DNA of 64,000 nucleotides, taken from Euprymna scolopes. Lineage: Eukaryota. Positions 45,111 to 58,903 of this stretch are shown here, in pieces. Under the pieces are notes generated by a model that did not search any database, was not told where the DNA came from, and worked only from the letters and a program-made list of their open reading frames with translations. The stretch lies in assembly GCA_053919585.1 (NCBI GenBank), contig CM132788.1. One strand, given 5' to 3'. The position numbers and the translations under genes were made by a program. Each line of letters starts with the position of its first letter. The stretch's first letter is position 1.

Positions 45111-47804
45111 CGTAAACCAAGTGCCCTGCTCAGCTCTTCTTGATTCAGGCTGCTCAAATATCACAGTGAATGCCAGACTATGTCGAGCCTGAAATAAGAA
45201 AAACATCAAAGTCACCACAATAGGTGGTGAGATGCAAGTATGCTGTGCAGCCAGAACCATACAGATTTATACAAACTCCAGTGTGGGCGCAGAAATCAAT
45301 GTGTTGCTAATGCAAGGGAATTTGCTGGGGTTCGCCTTATTACTATGATATGACGCCATCAAGGTACTGCGGAAAGTTGTCATTGAATGAAATGGGAGCA
45401 TGCACTTTTTGGAAGCCCCAGAATGTGCTGCAATCCACATTGATCAGACTGATTTCAAGGTGGACTACGACCATCGACAGAAGGCCTGAACTGCATAATG
45501 GAAGTGGACTGAAGGAAGGGTGCCAACCGAACTTAAGAATGGTGTTGTGGAGTACCCCATACCTGACGAGGCTCATGATGAATACGAGCAAGAACTTGAG
45601 GTGTGGGTCTGAGATGGATGGTTGATCCCCTACTCTGACGACAAACTTAAACCTCCCAAAGGTCTGATACACTTAATGGCGGTGGGCCAGCATAATATAT
45701 AAAAAATTAGATTAGTGCTGGATTATCGTGAACTCAACAATCCCATTGAGGCTTATACTGCTGATGCTGATGTGTGCGCCAGCAAATTGAGGGTATGGTG
45801 CCAGAAAGGCTCCAATATGTCAATATAAGATTTGCAGAAGGCCTATTTGCAGGTGCGAGTTGATGAGATGTTGTGGCCGTTCCAGACTGTGTGATTCCAG
45901 GGCCAGAGGTAATACTTGACACGACTCGGCTTTGGTCTGAATGTGCCATCATAGATCATGAAAACTATTATGAATGTTGTCACAGGAAAAGACCATTGAG
46001 GATGCAACATTAGCCTACAGTAATGATATGCTAATGAGGATGTACAGTCTGCATCATGTGTCAGAAAAATTAGCTCAGTTCGACCTGAAGTGCAAGGATC
46101 CTGAACATCTAAAAGATAGAGCATGCATATTGGGGTTAGATATCTGTGAGGAAAGAGGCACCCTACGATGGATACGTGGCAGTGGGGTTCCAGGCAGGCC
46201 TGACGTTATTACACGGCGGACCGTTTTTAACTCGTGTGGGAAGCTTGTTGGTCACTTACCAGCCTGTGGTTGGCTCCGTGCAGACGTAGGTGCTATTAAA
46301 TGTAGAGCAAATTTAGTGACCTCAGGTTTGGATGATGTACCTGATGATTCTCTCCTAGCTTTAATGATAATGGAAACTCTGGAGAAAGTGGATGAAAAGA
46401 ACCCTATCTGTGGGAAGTACTGTGTCGATGGTGACGATGTGAATGTGTGGGTCGACACGAGTTCATTGGTATTGGGAGTCTCATTAGAGCAAAGAGAAAA
46501 TGTGTTTGAGGATGCATCTTGTCTGTGACCTGTAAGTGATGCTCAGCACATCAACCTGGTGGAGTTGGACGCTGTTGTAAAAGGCATAAATCTGATACTG
46601 CAATGGCAGTCCAAAAAATTGTACACAGATTCTCTGTGTATCTACCACTGGGTGTCTGACACACTTTCAGAACGAGCAAGAATCCGTACCAAGGTGACCA
46701 GTGAAATGTTGATCCAGTGAAGACTACACATACTGAATAGTCTGATCTCTGAGCCCGCACTATCATTGAGTGTAACGCTGGTAGTATCACACTGTAATTT
46801 TTCTGACCAATTAACCCATGTGCCTCACAATGCCATGAAAATGGGCGTGGAACACACTGTTCAATCCTATGCAGTTGCAATTGGTGCGATGAGCCTATGC
46901 CAAATAAAGGAGATTCATGCACCGGACATCCAGGTATCAAGAGGACCCTGTATTTTGTGAGGTGCATGAACCCGGCAGTGACAAGGGCAGATGTCAAGCA
47001 GATTGTCAAGCACTGTGAGGCATGTCAATTTGTTAATGTTGCACCAGATAAATGGCAGAAAGGGTGATTGGAAGTGAAGGATGTATAGCAATTGATGGCG
47101 ATGGATATCACCTATTACAGTAGAAAGCCCTTTTTAACTCTTATTGATTGTGGATCTACCCATTTTGTGGTGTGGTGGCAAATGTTGTTTGTCAGTCATC
47201 GTCCATCTTTTCTGAGCAAGGTGCACCGGAAGAGGTTTTGATGGACAATGATGCCGCTTCTTGCAGCCAACAAGTCTGGCAATTGTTAGATGAATGGGGC
47301 CCCCGACTATGATTGTGATGTGCTCATGTGCCATCAGTGAATGGAGCCATTGCAGCATTAAGAGAATTGCTGCCAGAAAGCAATGCACCATTACAAAGGC
47401 CACGTATTGGTATAACATCACACCAAAGGATCAGAAGTCACCTACAACAGCGTCTTCCAATGCTATACACACATACCATGTCAGAGTAAAGGGAATTGAC
47501 ACTATACAGCCAATCGATGGAACACACAACAGATATGGAATAGGGGATCCAGTCTTGGTGAGAACCCCAGGAAACCGGTGCACCACCAAGTTCAAACGGG
47601 GACGAATATTTGGGGTGATTAGCCAGCAGTCGATCCTAGTTGATGGAACTCCACGCCATGTGCGACCTTTTCCCGGCTGCTGAGATACATCACACAACTA
47701 CAGAGGAAAGCAATGAATCATCAAGTGATGAACTGCTGACAAACGCGATCAGTGACCCCCCCCCCCCTCGCAAGAGAGTTTTGGCAATAGTTCGTTTGAC
47801 AAGG

Positions 47805-47862
47805 CAGAACCAGAACCGGAACCAGAATCAGAACCAGAATCAGAACCGGAACCAGAACCAGA
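47805..47862. repeat. Hexamer tandem repeat (CAGAAC/CAGAAT/CGGAAC) in the pol C-terminus of G
   Basis: About 9-10 units, directly visible. Confidence 0.9.
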
Positions 47863-47976
47863 GATGATGAATGTTCCCCTTTGCAGAAGTGAACGGAATA
47901 AAAGACCAACCCCGCAATGCACTCTGTGTGATCATGAGATCAGGGGGGGGGGTGTAATATTCATCAAAGAAGCAAG

Positions 47977-48573
47977 CAGTCTGTGAATATTGATGGGATG
48001 CTTAGTCATGTTAAAGACCTCCGACCAATGATATGGACGCAATTATCATTGAGTGACGAAAGCAATTCTGAAGATAGTGAATGTTTAATTCGAATTCAAA
48101 TACACTAGACAGACTAGATTCCAATGTCAGTAACCTCAAAGCTGATAGAGTGTCTATTGAAACTGGAACCGCAGACAAGAATATGTGCAAGGATGAAGCT
48201 TGCATCGTTCTTCTTTAAAGAAGTACCTGATAAAAACGGATACTACCCCTGTTCTGATTGTGATCATGAAAGAAGGATGAAATGTACGAAAAATCGTAAC
48301 TTACCTGACTATCATGTGCTTTGTAGGGTTAGTCGCTTGAAAAGAAAAAAAATGACGACTCACAGTTACTTTTGTGCTTGACGATCATACATGAGTAACG
48401 CAGACTTTCATTGTTTCTATGCAACTGAGATTATACCAGTGCATAAAAAGTGGAGAGGACGGAAGATTCAGTTGGAAGAAGAGGTAATATGAAGATAAAC
48501 ACGAGCATTGTTTAAGTAAAAAAAAACCGTAGATGGAAAAGATCAAACAACTTTATTGAAACTAACTTTACAA
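47977..48573 (+). mobile_element. 3' end of another element of the same lineage (IN C-terminus + 3' LTR 48283-48573)
   Basis: SVNIDGMLSHVKDLRP.., YPCSDCDHE, purine tract, then an LTR homologous to 40887-41415. Confidence 0.65.
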
Positions 48574-49845
48574 CTAAATTAACTTGGCATACGCCTCTGT
48601 ATTAGTTGACGGTAACTGCTGAACAGAGTGGAAATATATAGCTTTACTTGAACCATTAGCATTGCTTCCATTTTGTGTCGCCATGAGGATTCTCCTGTTT
48701 TTGTGCCACTGTGACTGTGTGTCATTTTTCTGCTTGTTTTGTGTCTCCCATATTAGCAAAATATTCCTTTCATGCACTTTTTTCTTTTGCTGGCCACTCT
48801 GCTCGAGGATGTCCTTTGCCACAAGATTCACACTTTTTATTGTCCTTAACCTAATGTGTTGGCGTTTTATTGTCCTTAACCTAATGTGTTGGCTTTTTAT
48901 TGTCCTTAACCTAAATCGCATGCATACGACACTTTTCTAATGGAGTGCGTATAGCTTCCACTTGCTTGCAAGTTGCCTCCGCTGTCTCTATTATGTGTAG
49001 TGCTCTTGATATAGTCAGATCATTACCTTCCTTAATTGAGGATTTCTGTGCTGACTTTAAATAAATGCCGAATATAAAGAGTTCGACTGCTCAAAATTCG
49101 ACGCACTGTTGTCCAATACTTGCTACTCCAATGTCCAACTCAAAACTAACTGTGTTTCTAAAAAATCTGGCTTTTTATTTACTTCAGAATCATCTTATTT
49201 GCATATCAGGTGACAATGTCGTAAGCATATAAACAGAATCAGCAGTCATCTTTTTGTTTCTTCGTTCTTTGTCTTCATCAGAATCTACAAGCTGCACAAA
49301 AAGTTTATACCAATTTCTAATCACAACCATTTGCTCGTATTCACACTGGTTAGCTATTTTGACAAAGCAATTTTGTAAGAACGAGTGTGCTGATTCGCCT
49401 GAATTTTGTTTGCACTCCAGCAATCTTTGTCTTGCCATATGAAAATTAGACCTTGGGTTTGTATATTGTCTAAAGTATTTAATGTATGTTCCGATGATCC
49501 ATGCTAAAAAACAAATCTGTCACTTATTTCCTGTGTGTATGTGATATCTAAGCTTGACGTTGTCAACGTTATGCATGGGACTTTCAAAATAAAGTTTGAC
49601 TTGTTGAATAAATCTGTCCATTGATTTGGTAAAGTTTGTGCTAAACCAATCTATTGTTAGAGGAATGCGAGATTAAGCTGCCATACTAAATCTTATGGTA
49701 TAAAGATAATTATCTTATCCTTTTTTACTTAACGGCTGAACACGTGTTCATTTTTTTTTTAATCCTTGTGGACCAAAAATAAATTCATTATTTCAATTCA
49801 TTTCATTTTTGTATACGTGTGTCCTTATAATACCACTTCTGATAC

Positions 49846-52800
49846 TGTTGTGGAGACGCCCACTAATTAATATAGGTGGGTGAGTGAGATATATAACGGT
49901 ATCAATCACCAATACCGGGAGAGTTCGGCAACGACCGCCAAACAGGCAAGATGCCTATGTTGCCTCCAGTAAGACATGCAACACGCCACCTGCCGGAATA
50001 TCTCCAATTGAAGTATATCTGAAGACATGTAAATATGTATATAACTTTTCTTCCTAATATATAATTGTATACCTTTACTTTCGTGTTCTTGTTAATTATT
50101 TGTGCAGACAATACAGTGGCGACGGGAATTAGAAAAAAAACTTACGCGGGATAAAATCCACTATTAAACACAACAGTAGCTTCGAGAATTCGAAAAAAGA
50201 CTTACGCGGGAAAATCCACTACTAAACTCAACAGTGGTGTACGAAATATACTTACTCGAGAAAGATTGAAAAAAAAAACGTACTCAAAGAAAAATAAATC
50301 TACTGTTGAACACAACAGTAACATCGAGGATTTTGAAAAAAGATTTACTCGAGAATTCACTGCACAGCAACAGTATTCGAAAAATAATTTACGCAAAAGT
50401 TATGATGGTCGAAAAAAACCAAAAAACAAAAATACAAAAGAAAAACAAAGGAAAGTAACTACAAAATTGTCGAACAAGATATTCGAACACTGGATACTTG
50501 AAAGCAAAATATTAATAATCATTTCAAAGTGACTACGAAAGTCAAAGAAAAAAAAAAGGTGTTTTCACTAGTAGACCGTGAACTAAATTATTCAAATTGT
50601 CTTGAAGGAGAAAAGTGACGATTTCAAAATGACTACGAAAGTCAAAGAAAAAAAAGGGTGTTGTCGCTAGTGCACTGTGAACTAATTTATGCAAATTGTG
50701 TTGAAGGAGAAAAGTGATATTTTTTTTCAACTGTACCAAGAAAGGATTTTTTTCTTGTAAATAATCAAAACTTAATGGATTAAGAGAAAAAAAAAACAAA
50801 ATACATTTTTTTATCCCTCAATAGAAAAAGGGAAAAAGAAAGGGTCAACGCAAAAAATAATATATCGATAGAATTCGGTTGACACAAAAAAAAAGCGAAC
50901 CTAAAAATGGTTGTTCGTAGTTATTGTAAAAAGTGAATTAGTAAAATGGACTGATTTTTTTAATCTTTGAAAAAAAATAACATGGAGGAATTTGTTAAAA
51001 TAATGACACAGTTCATGCAGAATCAGCAGATCCTACAAAAAGAACAGCAAGCGCTATAAGCAGAAAGAGACAAAAGACAAAATGAACGACTCATAAAATG
51101 CCTAGAAAGGCAGGAAGAAAGGTTCGCGCAGGTGCAACTTGAACAGAAAGAACTATTAGAAAGATTAACAGCTAATTCCATACAAGAAAGTAATACACTT
51201 TCCTCAAACACAACAATTGTTAACAGCATAGATGTGTTCACATACGTACCGGAAGAGGATAAAACTTTTGATGCATGCTTCAAGTGGGATGAAGATATTT
51301 TTGAAACAGACTGCGAAAACTGGCCAAATGTAAAGAAAGTAAGTTTATTACTTCGAAAGCTTGGTACCAGTGAACATTTCAAATTTGTTGATTTCATATT
51401 GCCAAGGAGACCGAATCAGTTAGATTTCGCTGAGACCGTTAAAGCTTCTTAAGGAGTTATTCGAACCGAACATGTCTCTTTCCACAAGAGATGGTCATGT
51501 ATGAATCTTAAGAAAACTGAGTAGCAGGACTACTTGACATACGCGTCAGTAGTAAACAAAAACTGCGACAACTTCAAATTATCGGAACTCACGGTGGACG
51601 ATTTCCAATGCTTAATCTTTGCACAGGGTCTAGTATCCACAAAAAATTCAGAGATCCGAAGACGCGTTCTCTCAAAATTAGAGACAGAACAAGGCCTGAT
51701 ATTGCAGAAATTAGAAGATTGCCAAAGGGCAGTATCACTAAAAAAAGATTCCAGGGATATAGAAAAAGCAGGAGTGGCGTACATTAGGAAGATTAAAAAA
51801 CCTTTCAGAAACTCAGGACAAAGAAATTTTGAGACTAGTCAAAAGTCAAAAAAATACTCAAATTATAAATACTCAAATTATAATAACTACAGAAAACGAA
51901 ATTACGATAATAGTCAATATAATAACTACAGAAAACGAAATTACGATAATAATCAAAGGAATTATAAAAAGACAGTATCAGGTAATAATTGCAGAAGATG
52001 TGATGAAAAACATTTGGAAAAGGATTGTTCTTACAAAAATATCAGATGCTACAATTGCGATAAAGTTGGACATAAGAGTGTTTGCTGCAGAACAAAAAAT
52101 AGAGTACACCAAATGAGAACAAACGAGAAAGGGAAAATAATTTACGAAAATATGTATCAGTAAATATTTTCGACAAAAAGTGAAATTTCAGCTTGACTCT
52201 GGATCGGATTTGTCGTTAATAAACGCCAACACTTGGAAAAGGCTGGGTAAACCGACTCTTCAAAAGTCAAGTAAAGGTGCATGAACAGTGACAGGAGACG
52301 AAATAAAATTTGAAGGAGAGGTCATCCTGCCCATTAATTTAAATGGCACGACGAAAAAATTGAAAATCTGCGTAATTAAAGAAAGCGGGAACTTACTGGG
52401 AATTGACTGGGTTGAAAAATTCAATCTTTGGGATAAACCAATGAACGCTTTTTGTAGAAAAATAACCAGTTGCACCACAACATCAGAAAATATTAAAAAC
52501 GATCTAAAAAAGAAATTCCCAGAAATATTTACTACTGGACTGGGAAGATGCAATAAATTTAAGACTTCATTCGAGCTAAAAAAAAGAGGATGCAACACTG
52601 GTATTTAAGAAAAAAATGGAATGTACCGTTCGCCGGTTTAGACAAAATAAATAGCGAGCTATATAGACTCGAAAAAACAGGCATCTTATCAAAAATCGAA
52701 ACTAGCGTTTGGCCAGCCCCTACGGTGTACGTAAAAAAAAGTCGGAACAAATTCAAGTCCGTGCAGATTTTTCTACGGGCCTAAACGATAAATTAAAAGA

Positions 52801-55420
52801 CCCCCACTACCCTTTACCAAGCCCTGAGGAGATATTTGCCAGTCTAAATGGTGGCAAAATGTTTTCAAAAATAGATTTGTCTGATGCCTATTTACAAATT
52901 CTGATGGAAGAAGAATGCTCAAAGATATTATGCATTAACACGCACAAAGGGTTGTTCAAATACAACCGTCTACCCTTCAGGATCAAAGTCGTACCGGCGA
53001 TTTTCCAACAAGCAATGGATACAATGCTGAATGGAATAGATTGTGCTTGTGCATACCTGGATGACATAATCATCAGGACCGCGTCCATAAGGGAACACCA
53101 ACAGCATCTAAAAGAAGTGAAAGAGGTGAAAGAAAACAAAATGCGAGTTTTGTTTAGACGAAATCAAATATTTAGGGCAAATAATAAATAAAGACGGTTA
53201 ACGCCCAGACCCGGAAAGATCGACAGCAATTAAAAACATGCCAGCACCACATAACATGACGACTCTATAGAGCTTCTTAGGTCTCGCAAACTACTACCAA
53301 GTATTTATCAAATGAATGCACGGCCTAAGAGCTCCGCTTAACGAGTTATTAAAGAAAGAAACACTGTGGATATGGACAAAAGAATGTCAAGACGCATTTG
53401 AGAACATCAAAAAGACGCTGACGTCCAATCTAGTTTTAACATATTACGACCCAAAATTAGAAATAAGTGTTGCGAGCGACGCAAGCTTGTATGGCATAGG
53501 AGCATGTATACAGCATATCCTGCCAGATGGATCAAAGAAACCTATATCTCACGCCTCAAGGATACTACTTCCAGCAGAAAAGGCTTACTCTCAAATAGAA
53601 AAAGAGGGGTTAAGCATTATTTTCACGGTGACGAAATTCCACTGCTACCTGTACGGGAGACACTTTATACTGGAAACAGATCACAAGCCCCTAGTGACAA
53701 TCTTCGGCTCAAAAAAGGGCTTGCCAGTATATATGGCAAATCGCCTAGTCTGTTGGGGTACGATCTTGCTAAATTATGACTTTCAAATAAAACATCTGGA
53801 TTCGAAAAAAATAGGTCATGCGGATGGCCTGTCAAGGCTTATACCGAAAATGGAGGAAACCCTTGAAGAGTCAGTAATTGCAGCTATACGTTCCAATTAT
53901 GAGGAAAAAAAAACATGGTGGCGAATATAATAAAAGCATTACCAGTCAAGTTAACAAATATAAAAAGGGAGGCTGAAAATGTCATCACAGACATAAAAAA
54001 AATAAGGGAAAATGATGAAAAAACGCAAAGTATATTTTCCGTATGCAATGATGTTTTGTTATATAGTGAAAGAGTTGTTATCCCGAAAACCTTGCAGAAA
54101 AAGATCTTACGTGATTTTCATACAGGACACCTGGGTATAAATAGGATGAAGACACTTATGCGGAGTCACGTTTACTGGCGTAACATGGATGTGGATATTG
54201 CACTAACAGTAAACAAGTGTAAAGGTTGTGCGTTAGCCGCAAAGGCACCACCGATAGTTCATAAACCTTGGAAAAAAACTGACCATCCATGGTCACGCAT
54301 TCATATAGACTTTGCTGGGACGACCGAAGGACAATACTACCTAATCATAGTAGATAGTTTTTCCAGATGGCCTGAAGTAAAGCTTTTCAAGAAACCGACG
54401 AGAAATAACACAATAAGTTTTCTGCATTAAATATTTGCACGGTTTGATGTGCCAGACATTATAGTAACACATAACGGAATACAATTTACATCAAGTGGTT
54501 TCAAGGACTTTTTTTGACACTTTTCAGGTAAAACATATAACTACACCACTGTTCCATTCAGGATCAAATGGATTAGCGGAAAGGTTCATAGACACGATAA
54601 AACGTGCACTTAGGGACCCCGACGGATAAAGCATTACAACAGTTCCTGCAAATATCCAGGATAACAAAGAACCCAAATACACCGTCGAAATTATCGCCAG
54701 CAGAATTAATGTTTGCTAGAAAAATAAAATCACCATTTGATAAATTAATACCAAAGCAAGCAATCGTCCATCAAACTACGCACACATCATGTAAAAGGTT
54801 TAAACCTGGTGATCGTGTATATTTTAAATGTATGAAAAATAATATTTCATATTGGGAGTTTGGTACGGTAGATAAACGTATCGGCGACTTGGTCTACATG
54901 ATAAAAGGTTCAAAAGGGATACACAAAATCAATTGAGAAAACTTCATATAAAAGACAACGAACATGATAAACCTGATGAAAAGGAAGATCCAATTGATAG
55001 ACTATACAAAGCGTTTCATATCGAACCACCACAAACCATGCTCGAACCGAGAAGATCGGGAAGGAAAAGAAAGTTTACAGAACCAAAGTTTACATGAACC
55101 TCAAGAGAAAAAGATATTGAAATCTACACGACTTTAAATCTTGGGAGGGGGTGTTGTGGAGACGCCCACTAATTAACCTAGGTGGGTGAGTGAGATATAT
55201 AAAGGTATCAATCACCAATACCGGGAGGGTTTGACAACGACCGCCAAATAGGCAAGACACCTATGTTGCCTTCAGTAAGACATGCAACACGCCACCTGCC
55301 AGAATATCTCCAACTGAAGTATATCTGAAGACATGTAAATATGTATATAACTTTTCTTCCTAATATATTATTGTATACCTTTACTTTCGTGTCTTGTTAA
55401 TTATTTGTGCAGACACAGCA
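49846..55420 (+). mobile_element. Full-length degenerate Gypsy (Mag-like) element I
   Basis: LTRs 49846-50115 and 55152-55420, TSD GATAC/GACAC, PBS TGGCGACGGG (tRNA-Arg type), PPT GGGAGGGGG. gag CYNCDKVGHKSVCC, PR LDSGS, RT YLDDII, RH ASDAS..YSQIEKE, IN HLG..CKGC, IHIDFAG. Confidence 0.95.
50130..50720 (+). repeat. Degenerate tandem repeats in the 5' leader of element I (~60-bp units, then a ~100-bp duplication)
   Basis: Recurrent AAAAxACTTACGCGGG..AAATCCACTA..CAACAGT; ATTTCAAAxTGACTACGAAAGTCAAAGAAAA at 50521 and 50621. Confidence 0.75.
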
Positions 55421-56052
55421 GACACCATATTGCATTATTGTGTTGATCAGTCAGGATGGCTGCGATAATAAATAGATAAAACGAGAGCTAGGTAAACACA
55501 TGCTTTTATTTACAAGGTGCGATTATGAAGAAGAACAATAACTTTTCTCAACTTCAAGTTATAACAAGGAGACATAACTATCACAATAGAGTATCAGCCA
55601 CAAGGTAAATACTGGATATCAGCAGAAAATTATGTAATGAAATCCATCTGTTGTAGTTCTCTTGGGGTATTTTTCCTTGAAATGGATGACGTGAGGAAGG
55701 CAATCAAACGCATGTGGTCCATAAAAATAGTTAATTGTCTTCCAACATGACGTAAAATGGGGGGGGGGGAGTCACCTCAAATACACAAACGGAATGTTCA
55801 AGAAAGATTATCGCTACAGTCCTCTGTCTCTTCTCTCTTGGCTGGCCGGGAATCATCTCCCAGCATCCAGAAATGAACATCGTTTTATAGGTTCCATCTT
55901 CACGCACACACAAGATTATGCGAGAACGGACGAAATAAAAATACTGGCCGCCATGTTTGTTCTTCCTTTTCTTCGCCTGTACTCACTCGCTGAGCACCCA
56001 CGGTAAGACTTCTCTTTCTTGCTTCTAACCACATGCCTCCCTGATCTCAAGA

Positions 56053-58330
56053 TCACATTTCATAGTCTCTCATCCACTGTGGCGGTCGCCTCTCTCTACT
56101 TGGCCTCTGAGGTGTCTCGTCCTCCTCCTGTGGCTGCACACTCCCCTCCACTGCTTCGCCCTCAACTGGTCTGACGTCAAGAATGTGCCTCGGGACTCCT
56201 CCCACCACAATGTTGTTACTAGTGTTCCTCCCAGTCACGCGACCCCTACTCCATTGTGTGGTGCAGCGCGCCCCCGGTGGCTTCACCCATACCTCGTCCC
56301 CGAGTTTAATTGTCCCTGTGGCCTCTACTTCTCGGCTTGCCGGCTCCACCCTGGGATGCCTCCAGGAATATGCAAACATTGACAGTTGCGGGACCGTCTC
56401 TGGTACTTGTCCCAGTTTAGGCGACATGTTATACCAGAAGACGGCTTGCTCAGGTTAGGTGCCTCCTCTTTCCGCAACTGCCTTTATGGTGCGGTGGTTT
56501 CTCTCTACGATCCCGTTGCCACTAGGTCTGTAGGCAGCTCTGAAAAATTGTTGGATCTTCCATTTCTTCAGTACTTCTGTCACTGCTACTGACTTGAACG
56601 CAGTCCCGTTGTCGGTTAACAACTCTTCCACGGGGCCTCGCTCCAAAAACACCTCATCAAAGATTGCCGCTATTTCATTGCCTGTTCCTCCACGTAGCTT
56701 CTTCCATAGGGCAAATCGCCTGGGCCCACAGTCAATCATGGTAAGGTAAAGTCCACCCCTGTAATGGGTGACATCGCATGCCAGTCTCTCCCAGGTCCCA
56801 CTCACCTCCAATTGGCCAGCTTCATGCGTGCTTGGAGCAGGATCAATCGACTGACATCTGTCGCATGTCCTGACCACTTGCCTCACCTGCTCCTTGGTGA
56901 TCCTTGGGTTGACTTTTTTCACTAAGTACCAAGTCCTCTCTACCCCCATATGGTGCAAATTGTGCAGTTCTCGCACACCAACATCATCTAGATCCGATGC
57001 AGCAACAACATCTTTCTTTGGCAACAGCCAACTCTTCTTCAGTCTCGTGAGAGCATCTGCTCGGTTCTTTTCAGAAGCCACCATGTCTACGCGAAGCTTC
57101 AAACAAAACTCTTGCATCAGCTCAGCCAGCATCCCAAGCCTGCGCTTCACTAACATCTCAGCAGCCCCTCTCGTTTTTATCCTTTTTTCGCTTGAAATGA
57201 GAGACTTTAGCCAAGCAAACACCGTGGCGGAGTCTGTTTTGATGCAGATGTCACGTAGTCCCCATTTCAAGGTCAGATTGACTCCTTTTATTGTCGCGTC
57301 TAATTCCGCCACATTGATGTGGCTGACGTCATTCTTTTTCCTCAACCAGGCTGCATCTTCTGCAACTACTCCTCCAATTTCCAAAACGACCCCTGTTGCA
57401 ATGCTGCTCGCATCGCACCACACGACTCCATCCAATGTTCGCGGTATGTTCCAGGTTCCCCGGACTGGGTCTTGCCGTTCTGCTTCTTTCAGGAGCTCTT
57501 CCATCATGGCGACCGTTCTTTCTCCCACCTTATCATTCCATCCTTGTCCTTTGGCGTGTCTCTTTATGTAGCTGCATGCTGGTCTAAGCCAGCTAGCAAT
57601 GGGGTAATGTCCGATCAACTTTCCGCATATGGAAAAAAGTTCACGTCTGTTGAGCTCCTGCTTCAGCTGTGGGATCTCGTTTCCCCTGTGAAACTCTAGG
57701 CCGCCTGACGCACCTCGTTTCAGTTTTAGGCCAAAAGCAGCCCCTCCGTCTAATTTTTCCGGCTCTTTGGCGACCAACCTGAACTTCTTCAAATGAGCTA
57801 CCACCTCCTTGGCAGTTACCACAGTTTCATTCACCAGAATGTCGTCTATGTATGAGCTCACTACCCCATCTCCCTTTCCCATTGTCTCCAGAATCTTCCT
57901 GAGGATAGTTGACATAATCTTGAGTGCCGAATTTAACCCGAACCCTACTCGCGTAAGGCAGTAGGTTTTGCCTTTGTACTTGACTAACTGATATTTCCAG
58001 AGTTTCTTGGCAACATGGAGTTGCAAATAGGCAGATTTTAGATCTACCAATGTAGATGCGCCATTCATCTGCCTCCATTCCCTAATGGTCTCACTGCACA
58101 CATCTACGGTGTCGCCTCCCGTATGGCACTTAACATGGCCGTTCAGCTCTCGGAAATCCAGGACCGGTCTTACTTTCCCTTTAGTTGTTTGCAGAACGGC
58201 CATCAACGGCAAAATGCCCGACTCCACATCATCCGTCCAAGGCATCAGTATCCCTTCCTCAATCCATTGGTCGACTTCCTGCTCAAACTCCTTTCTCGCC
58301 CCTCCTCTAAGCGAATTTGTGTAGCACGCC
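56053..58330 (-). CDS. pol: RT-RH-IN of element J (open ~620 aa, one frameshift near 56455)
   Basis: VRPVLDFRELN, SYIDDIL, WCDAS, HINVAELDA, HHMG..CDRC, LTDNG, GIVERNHRT. Confidence 0.9.
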
Positions 58331-58903
58331 ACCGAAGCATGCGATCCCCGGGTTTGGCAGATTCCTGCCCACATCCTGCTGTACCGTTGCTGTCGTTCCT
58401 CCAGGCTCCGTGGGCTGGGTGCTCACTAAAATTTTCGCAGTTCTAAGCAGCTCACTCACATCCAGCGTCTCCACCCCCGGTACCTGCTGCAACCTTTTCG
58501 ATATTTCTTCCGGTAACCCGGTAACAAAAGTCATCTTGACTACGTGACTCGTGGCATATCCTCTGATGCCCGACAACTCAACCAATCTCCTTATCTCATT
58601 CGCATAGACATCCACAGATTCACCAGTCCACCTCTTCTCTTTCAACTTATTAAAGGCCTCGAAAGGCCCCTCTGCAAAAGCTTCGATCAGTCGACCCTTG
58701 ATGGCGTCTGCATCACCCTGTTCCCGCTCACTGAGCTCCAAATAGAGGGCCAGTGCGTCCCCTTCCAGAAACAGTGGTATTACTGCGGCCACATCATCCA
58801 GCTTCTGAATCCTTGCTACAAGGTCCACTTTTTTAAGCCACGCCACCACATCACCGTCGCCATTAAAAGGCTTAATCATACTGCTTAAACCTGCGTTGGC
58901 CAT
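58307..58903 (-). CDS. gag: Gag of element J, truncated at the zinc knuckle
   Basis: MANAGLSSMIKPFNGDGDVVAWL.., homologous to C/E gag. ATG lies 1 nt after the PBS. Confidence 0.85.
   Translation of the reverse strand: MANAGLSSMIKPFNGDGDVVAWLKKVDLVARIQKLDDVAAVIPLFLEGDALALYLELSEREQGDADAIKGRLIEAFAEGPFEAFNKLKEKRWTGESVDVYANEIRRLVELSGIRGYATSHVVKMTFVTGLPEEISKRLQQVPGVETLDVSELLRTAKILVSTQPTEPGGTTATVQQDVGRNLPNPGIACFGGVLHKFA

Larger units (their letters stand above)
43875..47976 (+). mobile_element. Degenerate element G of the tRNA-Phe-5' PBS lineage; 3' LTR truncated after ~24 bp
   Basis: LTR 43875-44227, PBS AGCTATTTTGGC 44228-44239, gag MTESKFDLKLIPEFDG, RT/RH (HINLVELDA)/IN remnants, PPT GAGATCAGGGGGGGGGG, then TGTAATATTCATCAAAGAAGCAA matching the 5' LTR start. 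Confidence 0.85.
48574..55588 (-). mobile_element. 5' part of a Gypsy element H (5' LTR 55428-55588, tRNA-Leu PBS, degenerate gag 48600-49620), split by element I
   Basis: Removing element I and one TSD restores the minus-strand PBS TGGTGTCAGAAGTGG next to the LTR. gag remnant MARQRLLECKQNSGES; 30-bp tandem repeat at 48835-48913. Confidence 0.75.

Noticed and set aside
50130-50400. CRISPR-like repeat-spacer array
   Set aside because: Degenerate tandem units without unique spacers, in a retrotransposon leader in eukaryotic DNA; no cas genes.
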